From contig JAZQAZ010000030.1 in the NCBI GenBank assembly GCA_045545475.1, positions 64,001 to 128,000 on the forward strand: a stretch of DNA of 64,000 nucleotides. Direction: 5' to 3'. The position numbers and the translations under genes were made by a program. The first letter of the stretch is position 1; every line of letters starts with the position of its first letter. A model generated the notes under the pieces. The model ran no database searches, was not told where the DNA came from, and saw only the letters and a list, made by a program, of their open reading frames with translations. Of this stretch, positions 39,101 to 48,450 are shown in pieces. This stretch comes from Clostridia bacterium (GTDB lineage: Bacteria > Bacillota > Clostridia > CAKSNL01 > HGM11501).

Positions 39101-42100
39101 CTTGAAATGCCGTCACCCTTTACTGTACCAACAATAACACGTGCTTCATGCTCATAATGATAAGGTGTTACTTCCTGTGCGAAGATTTTCTTGGAGAAGT
39201 CCATATACTTAACAGTAACTGAACCAACCTTACCTGTGGAGGTTTCGATTGCAAGAATCACGTTGCCTTCAGCTGTGATTGTGTTAAGGGTCTCTGCCTT
39301 AATTACGATTGTATCTGTTTCAGCATCATACTCATACTGAGAAGCTGTAAGTGTTGCAGAACCAAGAACAACCTTGGAGATTGTTGCATCGCCGATATCC
39401 TCGATGGAAATTTCGATTTCCTCATCTGTTGCATTAATGTCCTTCTTAACAGTCGCATCGCTTAATACTGCGAGAGCGGGCTTTAAGAAGTGGATTGTAT
39501 CAGCAGTGGGATAGTTTGCACTGGGTATATTGATTCTGATGTAACGGAAGGTGGAATTCTGGTTAAACTTCATTACATAAGCACCAGCTGCACCGGCTGC
39601 TGTACCTGTGTAAAGTTCTGTCCATGTTGCATAGTCATCAGAACCGGAAATTATTACCTTGCCCCAGTCAGCGTTGTTTGCACGGGACTGATAACGGATA
39701 CCGCCAACTTCTTTCACGTCTGTTCCCATATCAACATCGATATAGTGATTTCTGGTATCGGGAGTTGCACTTCCGTTTACAGAAGTATATGCACCGTGAT
39801 AGTTCTGCTGGTGCTGTACATTCTTTGCAGCCTTAACGAAGGTGTTTACGGGATGCAGGCCGGGATTTGCCGCATTGTTTCTTACCTTCCATGTAGCACC
39901 TGTTGCAACTTCGTCAGCAAGGAACGTTGTTGTAACATCAGAGCTTACCTGATACCACTGGGCATAAATCTTAACTGTGTATACCTTTGTTGTATCATCT
40001 TCAAAGGTTACTGTAACGGGCTGTTCATAACCAACAGTCTCGTCAGCACTGAGCTTTGCATAAACATCTGCTGCAGGCTTGAAGTGGTATCTCAAAATTG
40101 TGATTTCTGTGGGATTCTGTGCGAATTCAACAGCAGTAGTTCCAACAGCAACGTTCTTTACAGTCTTACCTGTTGCATTTGTGAGGGTAAGTGTTCCGGA
40201 ACCGTTGTAGTTATCTCCGCTTGTCAGCCAGTATTCCGCAACAGAAAGGTCTTTTACGTTTAACTTAACCTTTGCAGTTTCGCCGGATTCGAAGGAGATT
40301 TCAGCTTCGTATTCGCCAACCTCAAGGCTTTCAAGATATTCCTTCTTGAAGGTGATGCCCCTTGTTCCGTCAAGAACATAGTCTGTATCAGCAGTGATTG
40401 TATCAGAGCCAACCTTTACGCCTGTTACGGCATAGGTGTTGTCAGAGTTGAATGTTCTTGTTGCATCTTCAATGTCTTCAGAAAGGTCAACGTTGATGTC
40501 GCCGCCGATTACTCTTGTGGAAGCAGCAATGAATACGATTTCGTGAGTGAACATAAAGCTGTGTGAATTCATATTCTGATAACTGTCAACGTCAACTCTT
40601 GCATAACGGTATGTTGCATTGTCCTGAAGGTCAACCTGTGCTGTCTTTGAGTTGTTGCCGGAAATGCTTCCGAGCTTTTCCCATGTAACAAGGTCGTTTG
40701 AACCGTAGAGGCTTACATCTACCATATTATAGTTCTTATCTGTGATGCGCACGCCGGCAAACTTTGTTGCCTTGCCGAAGTCAACCCATGTTGAGTAGGG
40801 ACCTACTGCACGGGCAAAGTGCTGTTCGCCCTTTTCTGCACCTGTTTCATCATAATATGTTGATGTCCAGGACTGGGAGTTTGTAGCATCGCCGTAGTTA
40901 CCGTTGAACCAGTTTGCAGCTGCATGAGCAAGGGATGCACCGCCGTTTGTTGTTATCTGCCAGCCTGTGGGTGTGATTCCGTCAGCATCTGCTGCTGCAA
41001 GAGCACCGTTTACTGCTCTCCAGGTATAGTTTGCATTAAGAACGATTTCCTTGGTTGTGCCGTCGGAAAGAGATACTTCAACAACGTGCTTTCCGGGGCC
41101 GTTATTTGTGATTTCACGAACGAAGAAACCATTGAAGGTGTTTTCTGTTACTTCGTCACCTACTGCGATGCCGAGAGTAGCATTTGCTTTTCTGAACTTG
41201 TAGTAATTGCCGCCGTTATTGTGGCTTGTGATACTGTTCTGAGTGGATGAGTAGAGCCACTTTCTGTATTCTTCGCTCTTATAGTAGTTACCGCCGAGGG
41301 TAAGTGTGATTGTGCCGTCACCGTTTGTAACTGCCTTCCACTCGTCAGCAGTGTTTGTAACTTCTTCACCGTTATACTTAACGCCTGTAACTGTTACATC
41401 GTTAGCAGCTGTGTAAAGCTTGTATTCAAGTGTTGCATAACCAAGCTTACCGCTTGCAGAATCGGTAGGATCGATGCTTCTTACAAGACCTGCTAAAGCT
41501 GCTTCTGCCTTTTCAAGGTCTGAAACATTGATTGTTGCCTTATCTGTATCAGAAAGTGCATCGTAAATTTCACGAAGGTCTGCTACTGCATCAGCATCGT
41601 CAGCTGTTACTTCGGAAGCGGGAAGCTCTGCAATCATATCGTTGAGCTCAGCTCCTGCGAGTGCAAGCCAAGCAGCTTCTGCATCCGTTAATACATCATA
41701 GTTTTCTACTGCAGCCTGAACAGCGGGAGCTAATGCATCATAAGCCTTACGAGCAGCGTCGATTGCAGTTTTGCTTTCCATTGTGATGGGTGTGCCGATT
41801 GCATTAATTAAGGTTTCAACAGCTTCAGCCTGAGCTGCAAGTGCTGCTGTGATTTCAGAAGGAGTCTTTGTATCAACGCCTGCCACAGAATTAAGAAGTC
41901 TTACTTCTTCAAGTGCCCAGTGCTTACTCTGAGATACTGTGCAGTGAACCTTAATATAACGTGCCTTTATGTTAAACTGAGTTCCGCCGAACTTAACTTC
42001 AGGAATTGCAGATATAACAGCAGGAGATACTGTTATCTTGTCAGAAGAAATCCAGTTTTCGCCGTCTTCAGAAACGTAGATATAACCTTCCTTGAAGTTC

Positions 42101-45100
42101 TGGTCACCGTTTACTCTCTGATAGAGACGGATTCCTGAGAATTCATAAACCTTACCAAGGTCATAGTAGAGATATACAGAATCGCCGTTATAGGGTGTTG
42201 ATTCCTTAGCACCTATGCAGAAGTCGTGGTGAAGCTGTCTTGTAGGAACGCCGCCACCGGGAGTACCAAGGCTTATGAACTCATCACGGGTGATATAGTC
42301 ACCGTCCATAATTATGCCGCCGCGCTCTGTTCCGTGCTTTACTGTGTCAGCTGCGCCTTCCTTAACAACATAAGTTGCAGCAGTACCCATGGGATAACCC
42401 ATAGAAACTTCGTCATTGGGGAAGGTAACCTTGGGAGCAACGGGCTTTAATACCTGAAGCTCTGTAATGTTTGTATAGGATGTATTTCCGTCAATGCCGG
42501 AAACAACGATAAACTTAATACCCTTGAACTTGTTGTTTCTTCCCTGTGCGAGATAAGCTTCCTTATATTCTTCCTTGGTTCCGGAAGTGAAGCCGAGCTT
42601 TGTTTCGCCAAGAATGTCAACCCAGGTGGTTCCGTCGTAAGTACCCTGCATCTTTATAGTGTTTGCAGAAGCACCGCCCTGTACTGTTCTGGGGAATACT
42701 CTTACGCCGCCAACTTCCATTTCCTTATCGAAGATAATGGTAACGGACTTGTCGCCGTCAACTGCTGAATGCCAGCAGTTACCCATATCACCGTAATAGG
42801 TTCCGTCGTAAAGCTTTGTTACATTGTGAGTTGCACTGAACTGGCTTCCTGCGGTCCAGGTCCAGTCAGAAGCGTTGGTGTAGTAGTCATCAAGAACTTC
42901 TTCGCTAAACAATTCCTCGAATTCCGATACTGTAAGAGCTTCCTTGCCCGCAACGGGATCGATAAGTCTTAATTCTGATGCTGACCAGTGAACATTTCCG
43001 TCACTAAGACCAGTCTGAGTTGCTTCAACCTTTACATAACGAGCCTTAACGTTACGAACTTCACCTTCGGCTGTTGCTGTCGCATCAAATAAGCCTGTAG
43101 TTGTATCAAGTGCTGTGGAAAGCTCAGCCTGTACCCAGTCTGTTCCGTTGTCGGATACATAGAGATAACCCTTTGACATTGTCTGGTTTGCCCATACGGC
43201 ACCCGAGGTATTCTTTCTGGGATATACTCTGATACCGGAGAAGGTCTGCTCTGCACCAAGGTCAACTATAAGCCATGCAGTCTTGCCTTCAGCGGGGTAT
43301 AATGCATTATTTATTTCAGCATGGTTGTTTGCTTCGGGACGGATACCATCTGTAAGAAGACCAAGGTTTGCCATGGTCTTGCCTGCTGTGGAGCCACTTG
43401 TTACATTCCATAAGGGATAAGTTGTAAAGTCATCATCTTCGAAGGGAGATGTGTAAGCTACGGGCTTTAATATCTGAAGCTCAACAATGTTGGTGTGAGC
43501 GGTTGTGCTTCCGCTTGCATTCTTTTCAACAACGTAGCGGATGCCCTTAAACTTATTGTTAAGCTCGCCGCTTAAGAGGTTTGTGCCCTGCCATACGCCA
43601 TCTTCTGTTGTAACGTCATTATCTGTGCCCGAATTAAGACCGGTCTTCAAATCATCGGCAGCAACAAACCAGTTTACACCGTCATAGGTTGCTTCAATTC
43701 TTACAACGCCGGGGTTACCGCCGTACTGAATTGCTCCGTTTGTGGAGTCGTGACGACCGTAAACTCTGAAACCGCCAACATCAATTGCGGTTTTGAACAT
43801 TACCGTAATTGTTCTCTGCGCTTCTGTAACGGGGCTTGTTGCAGAAGAATGCCAGTAGTTAAGGTTATCGTTAGACGGGTGTTCGCCGGTTGTCTCACGC
43901 CAATCTCCTACGTTATCTATAACACCGTCAAATGCTTCTGTAACTTCGCAGCCTACCTGCCATACGGATCCTGCTTCCATAGATTCGAAGTATGTAGAAG
44001 GATCGTAATAAGCTACCTTACAATCTTCTGCAACAAGTGTATCAAGTCCACCATCAGCATCAAGCATAACGATTTCTTCAATATCAAACTGACCGTGAGC
44101 ATTTACAGCTAATACACGGAACTTGATATAACGCGCTTCAATGTTTACAGCTTCGCCATCAAATTTGAAGTCGAAATCACCGTACTGAGGTGTAACCTCT
44201 GTTGTACGGGTTGTACTTGCCTTATCAAGGTCTCCCCAAGTTTCGCCGTCTTCAGAAACCTGAATTTCAAGTGTTGTTGCCTTTCTTGCCTTCATACCTC
44301 TCGCCTTCTGGCTGTCCATAAGTCTGATACCGGAGAAGGTTTTCACAGCGCCCAGGTCAATCTGAAGGGTTGTTGCATTGGTACCCTGATTTGAAATCCA
44401 GCCCATTGCACCTTCGGTAGCACCGCCGATGGCAGGATATACGTCAAATCCGCTGTTTGTGGAGGCACCGGTCTTTACGCCTTCGGTATAAAGTCCGTTA
44501 TAGGTGGATGCAATTTCATACTGATGGCTGCCTGCTGTCTTTGTAACAGTTGCGCCTGTAAGCTCTGTAAGATATGTAACACCGTCGCCTTCAGCGGGAA
44601 CAAGAGCTTTCGCTGTTACGCCTTCTACATTTGTTGCAGAAAAGTCCTCGGATGTGAGGGTGTCGTTTGCATCGTTTTCGTCAAGAAGAACGATTTCTTC
44701 TGCTTCCCATTCCCATTTGTTAACTGCGGTTACAACAAATTTGAAGTAACGTGCAGTCACATTTACAGCTGTAGAATTTTTCTTGAATGCAAAGTCTCTG
44801 TATTTAGACGCAAAGTCTTCATTTGTTGCATTGTCAAGAGCATACCAAAGCACACCGTCAGAAGATACTGACAGCGAAAGAGTCTTTATCTTTCTTGCAT
44901 CTAAGTATCTTGCTCTTGAAGAGTCGTAAATACGGATACCGGAGATAGTCTTTGCTTCGCCCATATCAACGGTTATAACATTCTCATTGATACGGCCCAA
45001 CATACCTGTTGGTATACCGCCGGCATCCCAGATGCTTTCTTCATCATTGGTGGTGTACTTACCGTCAACGAGAGCTGCAGGGGTACCTTCTAGGTTACCT

Positions 45101-45354
45101 ACGTTTGTTATTGACTCGCCGTCAAACTCGCTGAAATAGGTAACGCCGTCACCTTCAGCAGGTGTAAACGCTGCTGTAACGTTGGCAAGAAGCTCAACTT
45201 CCTCCTCCCCGTAAATTTCAACTAATTCGTCTTCGGAAACTTCCTCTATTACAGGAATTTCCAGCACCTCTTCTGCGAAAGAGGTGATTGCTGCCGCAGG
45301 TGCCAATGTCATGATCATGCACAATACGAGCAGTACAGATAAGATTTTTCTCAT
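36142..45354 (-). CDS. 3070-aa SLH-anchored surface protein with about 10 F5/8-type-C (CBM32-like) domains, X2/Ig-like and InlB-B-type repeats
   Basis: Signal peptide; repeated VD-x-G..SGIR..S-x-DG-x-x-W..ARY..E motifs; helical IDAARKAYDAL repeat; G/S linker; three SLH motifs (ITRAEF, ITREQMA, ATKAEA). Confidence 0.85.
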   Translation of the reverse strand: MRKILSVLLVLCMIMTLAPAAAITSFAEEVLEIPVIEEVSEDELVEIYGEEEVELLANVTAAFTPAEGDGVTYFSEFDGESITNVGNLEGTPAALVDGKYTTNDEESIWDAGGIPTGMLGRINENVITVDMGEAKTISGIRIYDSSRARYLDARKIKTLSLSVSSDGVLWYALDNATNEDFASKYRDFAFKKNSTAVNVTARYFKFVVTAVNKWEWEAEEIVLLDENDANDTLTSEDFSATNVEGVTAKALVPAEGDGVTYLTELTGATVTKTAGSHQYEIASTYNGLYTEGVKTGASTNSGFDVYPAIGGATEGAMGWISNQGTNATTLQIDLGAVKTFSGIRLMDSQKARGMKARKATTLEIQVSEDGETWGDLDKASTTRTTEVTPQYGDFDFKFDGEAVNIEARYIKFRVLAVNAHGQFDIEEIVMLDADGGLDTLVAEDCKVAYYDPSTYFESMEAGSVWQVGCEVTEAFDGVIDNVGDWRETTGEHPSNDNLNYWHSSATSPVTEAQRTITVMFKTAIDVGGFRVYGRHDSTNGAIQYGGNPGVVRIEATYDGVNWFVAADDLKTGLNSGTDNDVTTEDGVWQGTNLLSGELNNKFKGIRYVVEKNASGSTTAHTNIVELQILKPVAYTSPFEDDDFTTYPLWNVTSGSTAGKTMANLGLLTDGIRPEANNHAEINNALYPAEGKTAWLIVDLGAEQTFSGIRVYPRKNTSGAVWANQTMSKGYLYVSDNGTDWVQAELSTALDTTTGLFDATATAEGEVRNVKARYVKVEATQTGLSDGNVHWSASELRLIDPVAGKEALTVSEFEELFSEEVLDDYYTNASDWTWTAGSQFSATHNVTKLYDGTYYGDMGNCWHSAVDGDKSVTIIFDKEMEVGGVRVFPRTVQGGASANTIKMQGTYDGTTWVDILGETKLGFTSGTKEEYKEAYLAQGRNNKFKGIKFIVVSGIDGNTSYTNITELQVLKPVAPKVTFPNDEVSMGYPMGTAATYVVKEGAADTVKHGTERGGIIMDGDYITRDEFISLGTPGGGVPTRQLHHDFCIGAKESTPYNGDSVYLYYDLGKVYEFSGIRLYQRVNGDQNFKEGYIYVSEDGENWISSDKITVSPAVISAIPEVKFGGTQFNIKARYIKVHCTVSQSKHWALEEVRLLNSVAGVDTKTPSEITAALAAQAEAVETLINAIGTPITMESKTAIDAARKAYDALAPAVQAAVENYDVLTDAEAAWLALAGAELNDMIAELPASEVTADDADAVADLREIYDALSDTDKATINVSDLEKAEAALAGLVRSIDPTDSASGKLGYATLEYKLYTAANDVTVTGVKYNGEEVTNTADEWKAVTNGDGTITLTLGGNYYKSEEYRKWLYSSTQNSITSHNNGGNYYKFRKANATLGIAVGDEVTENTFNGFFVREITNNGPGKHVVEVSLSDGTTKEIVLNANYTWRAVNGALAAADADGITPTGWQITTNGGASLAHAAANWFNGNYGDATNSQSWTSTYYDETGAEKGEQHFARAVGPYSTWVDFGKATKFAGVRITDKNYNMVDVSLYGSNDLVTWEKLGSISGNNSKTAQVDLQDNATYRYARVDVDSYQNMNSHSFMFTHEIVFIAASTRVIGGDINVDLSEDIEDATRTFNSDNTYAVTGVKVGSDTITADTDYVLDGTRGITFKKEYLESLEVGEYEAEISFESGETAKVKLNVKDLSVAEYWLTSGDNYNGSGTLTLTNATGKTVKNVAVGTTAVEFAQNPTEITILRYHFKPAADVYAKLSADETVGYEQPVTVTFEDDTTKVYTVKIYAQWYQVSSDVTTTFLADEVATGATWKVRNNAANPGLHPVNTFVKAAKNVQHQQNYHGAYTSVNGSATPDTRNHYIDVDMGTDVKEVGGIRYQSRANNADWGKVIISGSDDYATWTELYTGTAAGAAGAYVMKFNQNSTFRYIRINIPSANYPTADTIHFLKPALAVLSDATVKKDINATDEEIEISIEDIGDATISKVVLGSATLTASQYEYDAETDTIVIKAETLNTITAEGNVILAIETSTGKVGSVTVKYMDFSKKIFAQEVTPYHYEHEARVIVGTVKGDGISSITDRKITTKSDGSVLKNNDYETIDLTIAPHALFYGTAGTWNEGPGYFEVDYKIPHEFSGVRIYNRVWQDKGVRQYFTSIKEGYMAVSNDGINWVKSDVQTFGTGNLDSLNYSRNAYEDMKLIIDGVPTNVSARYVRIYPTKNGAWEPIGVEEICLYEPSSANADLKAADIKPGAATYSLATLEDLTFNVEWNDSITLGTISIVTEEDGEDVLVPVNSAYYFCDEESFTISKYFFIDGGYDAGDEIVLSVGFAVGKDILVPVTIAEAEEYEVNYEAGANGTLKAVVRYTDMATGEEVEEEVASGSMVGRHENLVFVAEGAAGYEPAGWTLEGKGEDTVKYVRVTDKKDWVFDAINAMEPASKAFDGDDKTYWHSEYETKTTGSPNPTHLLSDGPYWITAVFDEPMMISEMSHTRRLNSDGSAYDAGQKARKYKVWGSTDGGETFDVLLSEGEFVRADVTDRIVLNDVGYIDGIKFEIHSTFASATKSHCTVGEIAFTEKVVTENLLDGNITYTGSASQEFEIDDLFGDATVTVEFAAIEAGYAKITADLKKLEAEIEDTKVAYGENAVITLTPDEGEELPEEITVVMDGAELKEGQDYTYDSATGEIVVKNVKGNIEILAVAAGVDVFTVTYEDVNGATGTLPEADLYTEGETFKLPASKLKLTGSTFVGWKASSDGETYKAGKTFTMVAEDVTFTAVWEAKESGGDDEGTKKPSLGGGKDDSSSSGTGLIGGGVGTGANVNQHTITLVGIGTQKVATGTVIAAPAAKEGYDFMGWYLDEAFTVPYANTGIIENVTLYPYYRRIRSASELSDIQGHWAEKTIGEMYVAYFINGTAEGKFEPDKNITRAEFCQILYLMSGQTTDGAHNFTDVGVGDWFTNAVAWAVKSGITNGTTETTFSPYENITREQMATMIYRYATLMGHDWTISKEAGFADQAEIATYANYQVNWAADKKIINGYPDGTFAPKANATKAEAVTMLQRLLNLGK

Positions 45355-45468
45355 GATGTTTCCTCCCTTTGCTTCTTATCATTTTGATAGTATTTTTTTG
45401 CACGATTTCAAGATGCGGGGATTCGTCAGGCGACAATCCACGCATTATGATATCATACTGTATCATAT

Positions 45469-45498
45469 ATAATACATCAAAATGCCCCTCTATGTCAA
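45469..45498 (-). promoter_or_regulatory. SigA-type promoter of the giant gene
   Basis: TTGACA-18 nt-TATTAT on the minus strand. Confidence 0.55.
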
Positions 45499-45622
45499 CA
45501 AAAAAAAACTTTTTCGAAATATTTTTTTCATCTGTTTGTAAAGAAAGAGAGTGTTTTTAGCGAAATGCACAAACTTTTCTTTTTTTTATGTGCAATTCGA
45601 CGGAGGAAAGGGGTAAAAAGAG

Positions 45623-45907
45623 AGATTCTTCGTCCTGCGGACTCAGAATGACATAGGGGGGCACTGTCATTCTGAGCGAAGCGTCAGCGTAGCGAAGAAT
45701 CTCACGCTTCACTGTCATTCTGACGACGGCGTTTTGCAAAAAAAAAAAACGCCTACGGAAGAATCTCTCATCAGGCACTGCACAGGAGATCCTTCGGGCA
45801 GCGCCCTCAGGATGACATAGGGGGGGCACTGTCATTCTGAGCGGAGCGAAGAATCTCACTCCAAGCACCGTGCAGGAGATCCTTCGGGCAGAGCCCTCAG
45901 GATGACA
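45623..45907. repeat. Cluster of six TGTC-type REP palindromes in mixed orientation (BIME-like)
   Basis: Units at about 45623-45653(-), 45665-45702(+), 45713-45766(+), 45787-45817(-), 45830-45856(+) and 45877-45907(-); repeated linker TAGGGGGGCAC. Confidence 0.85.
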
Positions 45908-45921
45908 CGGAGGTGCATAAC

Positions 45922-45949
45922 AAAAAAGGAGGGATTACTCCCTCCTTTT
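45922..45949 (-). terminator. Terminator of module 2
   Basis: AAAAGGAGGGA-TTAC-TCCCTCCTTTT. Confidence 0.8.
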
Positions 45950-45950
45950 A

Positions 45951-48437
45951 TCATTTTGATATTGTAACAGTCTGCGTCTCGCCGTTCCATTCCACGTTAT
46001 ATCCGAGAATTTCAGATACGAATCTTACAGGTATAAAGGTACGGTTTTCCGATATTACCGGCGGATTCAAAAGAGTATACATCATTTTACCCTTGGGATA
46101 ACGTGTATCAGACACCCAGACCACATTGTTCCATATTTGAAGTTCAATCGTCAGAACTTCTGTCTTAAGGGTTATCTTTTCCTTTGTACCATCCCAGATA
46201 ATTTCTGCTCCCATTTCCTCAACAAGACCTCTTAAAGGGATAAGCGTGGAGCCGTTTACAATGTAGGGTGCAACATCAAGCACCTTTTCGCTCTCGGTTT
46301 TCTCCTTGCCCTTAACAGCCTTGATTGTTTTATCTCCTATTTTGAGAACATAAGTCTCTCCGGCCGCTTCCGTTCTTTCTTTTCTTGCCGTCCCCGATTC
46401 ATAGAAGGAAATATCCGTTGCAGAAACTCTGCCTGCATTGTACTCGATTATTTCGATGTCGAAATATTTCACTTCTATTTCCTCGTCGAACACAACGACC
46501 TTTTCAGACACATCATCTGCAAAGGTTACTGTCTTTTCCTCAAACTCAAGTCCGTCGGTTGACCAGCGGAGGATTGCTTTATACCACAAGCCGTGTTTAT
46601 CTTCACTTCTTCTGGGAAGATAGTGAAATTCCTTAATCTTATATATCTCTCTGAATTCAACCTCAATAGTTACGGGACGTGTACCTGTGGTTTCTGTCTG
46701 CCAGACGGTATCCGCCTTTCCGTCAAAAGCTCTGTTTATAGTATTATTGTTCCACACGGGCTCTACGCAGTAGCCCGTAGTCTCCTCTATAGGAATCTGA
46801 TAGAGCCTATGAAGTACCTCATAGGCCTGATAAGCGGAAAGAGCCACGGTTTCAAGATCATCTCTTCCCTTTACCGCGGAAAACTCCGCAAAGCTTCCTA
46901 TGTTGCCGTTTCCTTCCTTTATTATAAGGCGGATTCTTTTAGCTTCAATGTTTCCCACAAGACGGAAGTTTCTTATTGCACCGAATGCTGCCGTCTGCGA
47001 AAAAGCGATTGATTCGTTTTCAAGTATGGTGTAAAACGCTCCGTCGTCCGTATCTGAAGCCTGGAGGTCAAAAAGTTTAATGTCGCCGGAATGGGAATCC
47101 ACCCTGGGAAGAATTACAAACTCAGAAACGGATGTCAGCTCAGGCAAAGTAAAATCGATGGTATAAGGAGGCTTCTGAAGGTTTTTAGCCGTTCCGTTTT
47201 CCACCTCATAATAAGAGTGCCATATTGTCTTTTGTTTACCGTCAATTAAGTTCTTCGCAGGAGCACCCTTAAATTCCGATGTGGCTTCAACCGTCCATCC
47301 GGATTTCGGCACTTCATTTTCTACGGTGAAATCAGCCGTCGGTGTTGCAGGCTTTTCTTCCTTAGGTTCTTCCTTTGCCGATTCGCCTTTTTCGCTTCCT
47401 TTAATAAATTCAAGCTCTCCGCAGGTGGCATAGCCTGTTCCGTAGGAATCGGTTATTTCAATTTTTACGCCCAGAAGCTCCATATCCCCCCAGGAAAGTG
47501 TCTGTGATGCATGACGCATAGCATCGGACGAAAGCTTGTATTTAAATATTTCCTTATATTCTTCTCCGTCGGTTGTTCCGTAAACGGTCATCGCCTTAAC
47601 AGTTCCGGATTCAGAGTCGCTTCGGGGTGTATAGATAAGTCCCGACACGGTGATGGGGCTTACAAAGTTTACTGTGATATAGTGGGGCCATTTTTCAACC
47701 TCCCCAAGTTTTCCGTCAACCACGGTATAGTGGGTATGCCAGAAGGTAGAAGGATTTCCGTCAAATATCTTCTTTATTGTTCCGCCAATGTCAGAGGAAG
47801 TTTCCACAAGCCACGACGCATCATAGGGGATTTTTTCATAGGCAGGAGCTTCCTCTTCCTTTTTGCCGTCAGCGGTAATTGTACCGGGAGTTATAACGGC
47901 GTTTTCAGCCTTTGCCTCTCCACCCGATAAAAACTTAAGTTCACCGCAGGAGGCATAGCCTGTTCCGTAGGAATTGGTTACTTCTATTTTTATGGCTGTC
48001 ATTTCCTTATCGCCCCAGGAAACAGTCTTGGAATCGAAACGTTCGGCATCACTTCCAAGCTTATATTCCGCAATCTTTGTAAAAATTTCCCCGTCGGTTG
48101 ATGAATATACATTCATCGCCTTAACGGTTCCGGAGTCAGAGTCACTTCGGGGTGTATAGATAAGTCCCGACACCGTAATGGGGCTTATAAAGTTTACGGT
48201 TATATAGTGAGGCCATTTTTCAACGTCCGAAAGCTTTCCGTCAACCACCGAGTATCTGGTATGCCAGAAGGTTGCCGCATTACCGTCGAAAATTTTATTT
48301 ATTGTTCCGCCAATGTCGGAGGAAGTTTCCACAAGCCATGACGCATCATAGGGGATTTCCGTTTCCGCCGCAGAGACGGGAACGAAAAGAGATATAGCCA
48401 TTAAGAAAACGAGAGTTGCTGCAAATATTTTTTTCAT
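45951..48437 (-). CDS. Secreted protein: 4x F5/8 type C (CBM32) plus stalk domain (module 2)
   Basis: Signal peptide from ATG 48437 (RBS AGGAGG); FDG..WH[TS]..PR repeats; RTFIPVRFVSEILGYNVEWN. Confidence 0.88.
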   Translation of the reverse strand: MKKIFAATLVFLMAISLFVPVSAAETEIPYDASWLVETSSDIGGTINKIFDGNAATFWHTRYSVVDGKLSDVEKWPHYITVNFISPITVSGLIYTPRSDSDSGTVKAMNVYSSTDGEIFTKIAEYKLGSDAERFDSKTVSWGDKEMTAIKIEVTNSYGTGYASCGELKFLSGGEAKAENAVITPGTITADGKKEEEAPAYEKIPYDASWLVETSSDIGGTIKKIFDGNPSTFWHTHYTVVDGKLGEVEKWPHYITVNFVSPITVSGLIYTPRSDSESGTVKAMTVYGTTDGEEYKEIFKYKLSSDAMRHASQTLSWGDMELLGVKIEITDSYGTGYATCGELEFIKGSEKGESAKEEPKEEKPATPTADFTVENEVPKSGWTVEATSEFKGAPAKNLIDGKQKTIWHSYYEVENGTAKNLQKPPYTIDFTLPELTSVSEFVILPRVDSHSGDIKLFDLQASDTDDGAFYTILENESIAFSQTAAFGAIRNFRLVGNIEAKRIRLIIKEGNGNIGSFAEFSAVKGRDDLETVALSAYQAYEVLHRLYQIPIEETTGYCVEPVWNNNTINRAFDGKADTVWQTETTGTRPVTIEVEFREIYKIKEFHYLPRRSEDKHGLWYKAILRWSTDGLEFEEKTVTFADDVSEKVVVFDEEIEVKYFDIEIIEYNAGRVSATDISFYESGTARKERTEAAGETYVLKIGDKTIKAVKGKEKTESEKVLDVAPYIVNGSTLIPLRGLVEEMGAEIIWDGTKEKITLKTEVLTIELQIWNNVVWVSDTRYPKGKMMYTLLNPPVISENRTFIPVRFVSEILGYNVEWNGETQTVTISK

Positions 48438-48450
48438 TTTTCCGCCTCCT

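Noticed and set aside
39490-40263. 257-aa antisense ORF, and similar antisense ORFs at 5455..6063, 52158..52826 and 23377..23889
   Set aside because: Shadow ORFs opposite well-supported genes, with no RBS or recognisable motifs.
45557-45868. 103-aa ORF on the minus strand
   Set aside because: It is a translation of the REP cluster (LRMT repeats), typical of spurious REP ORFs.
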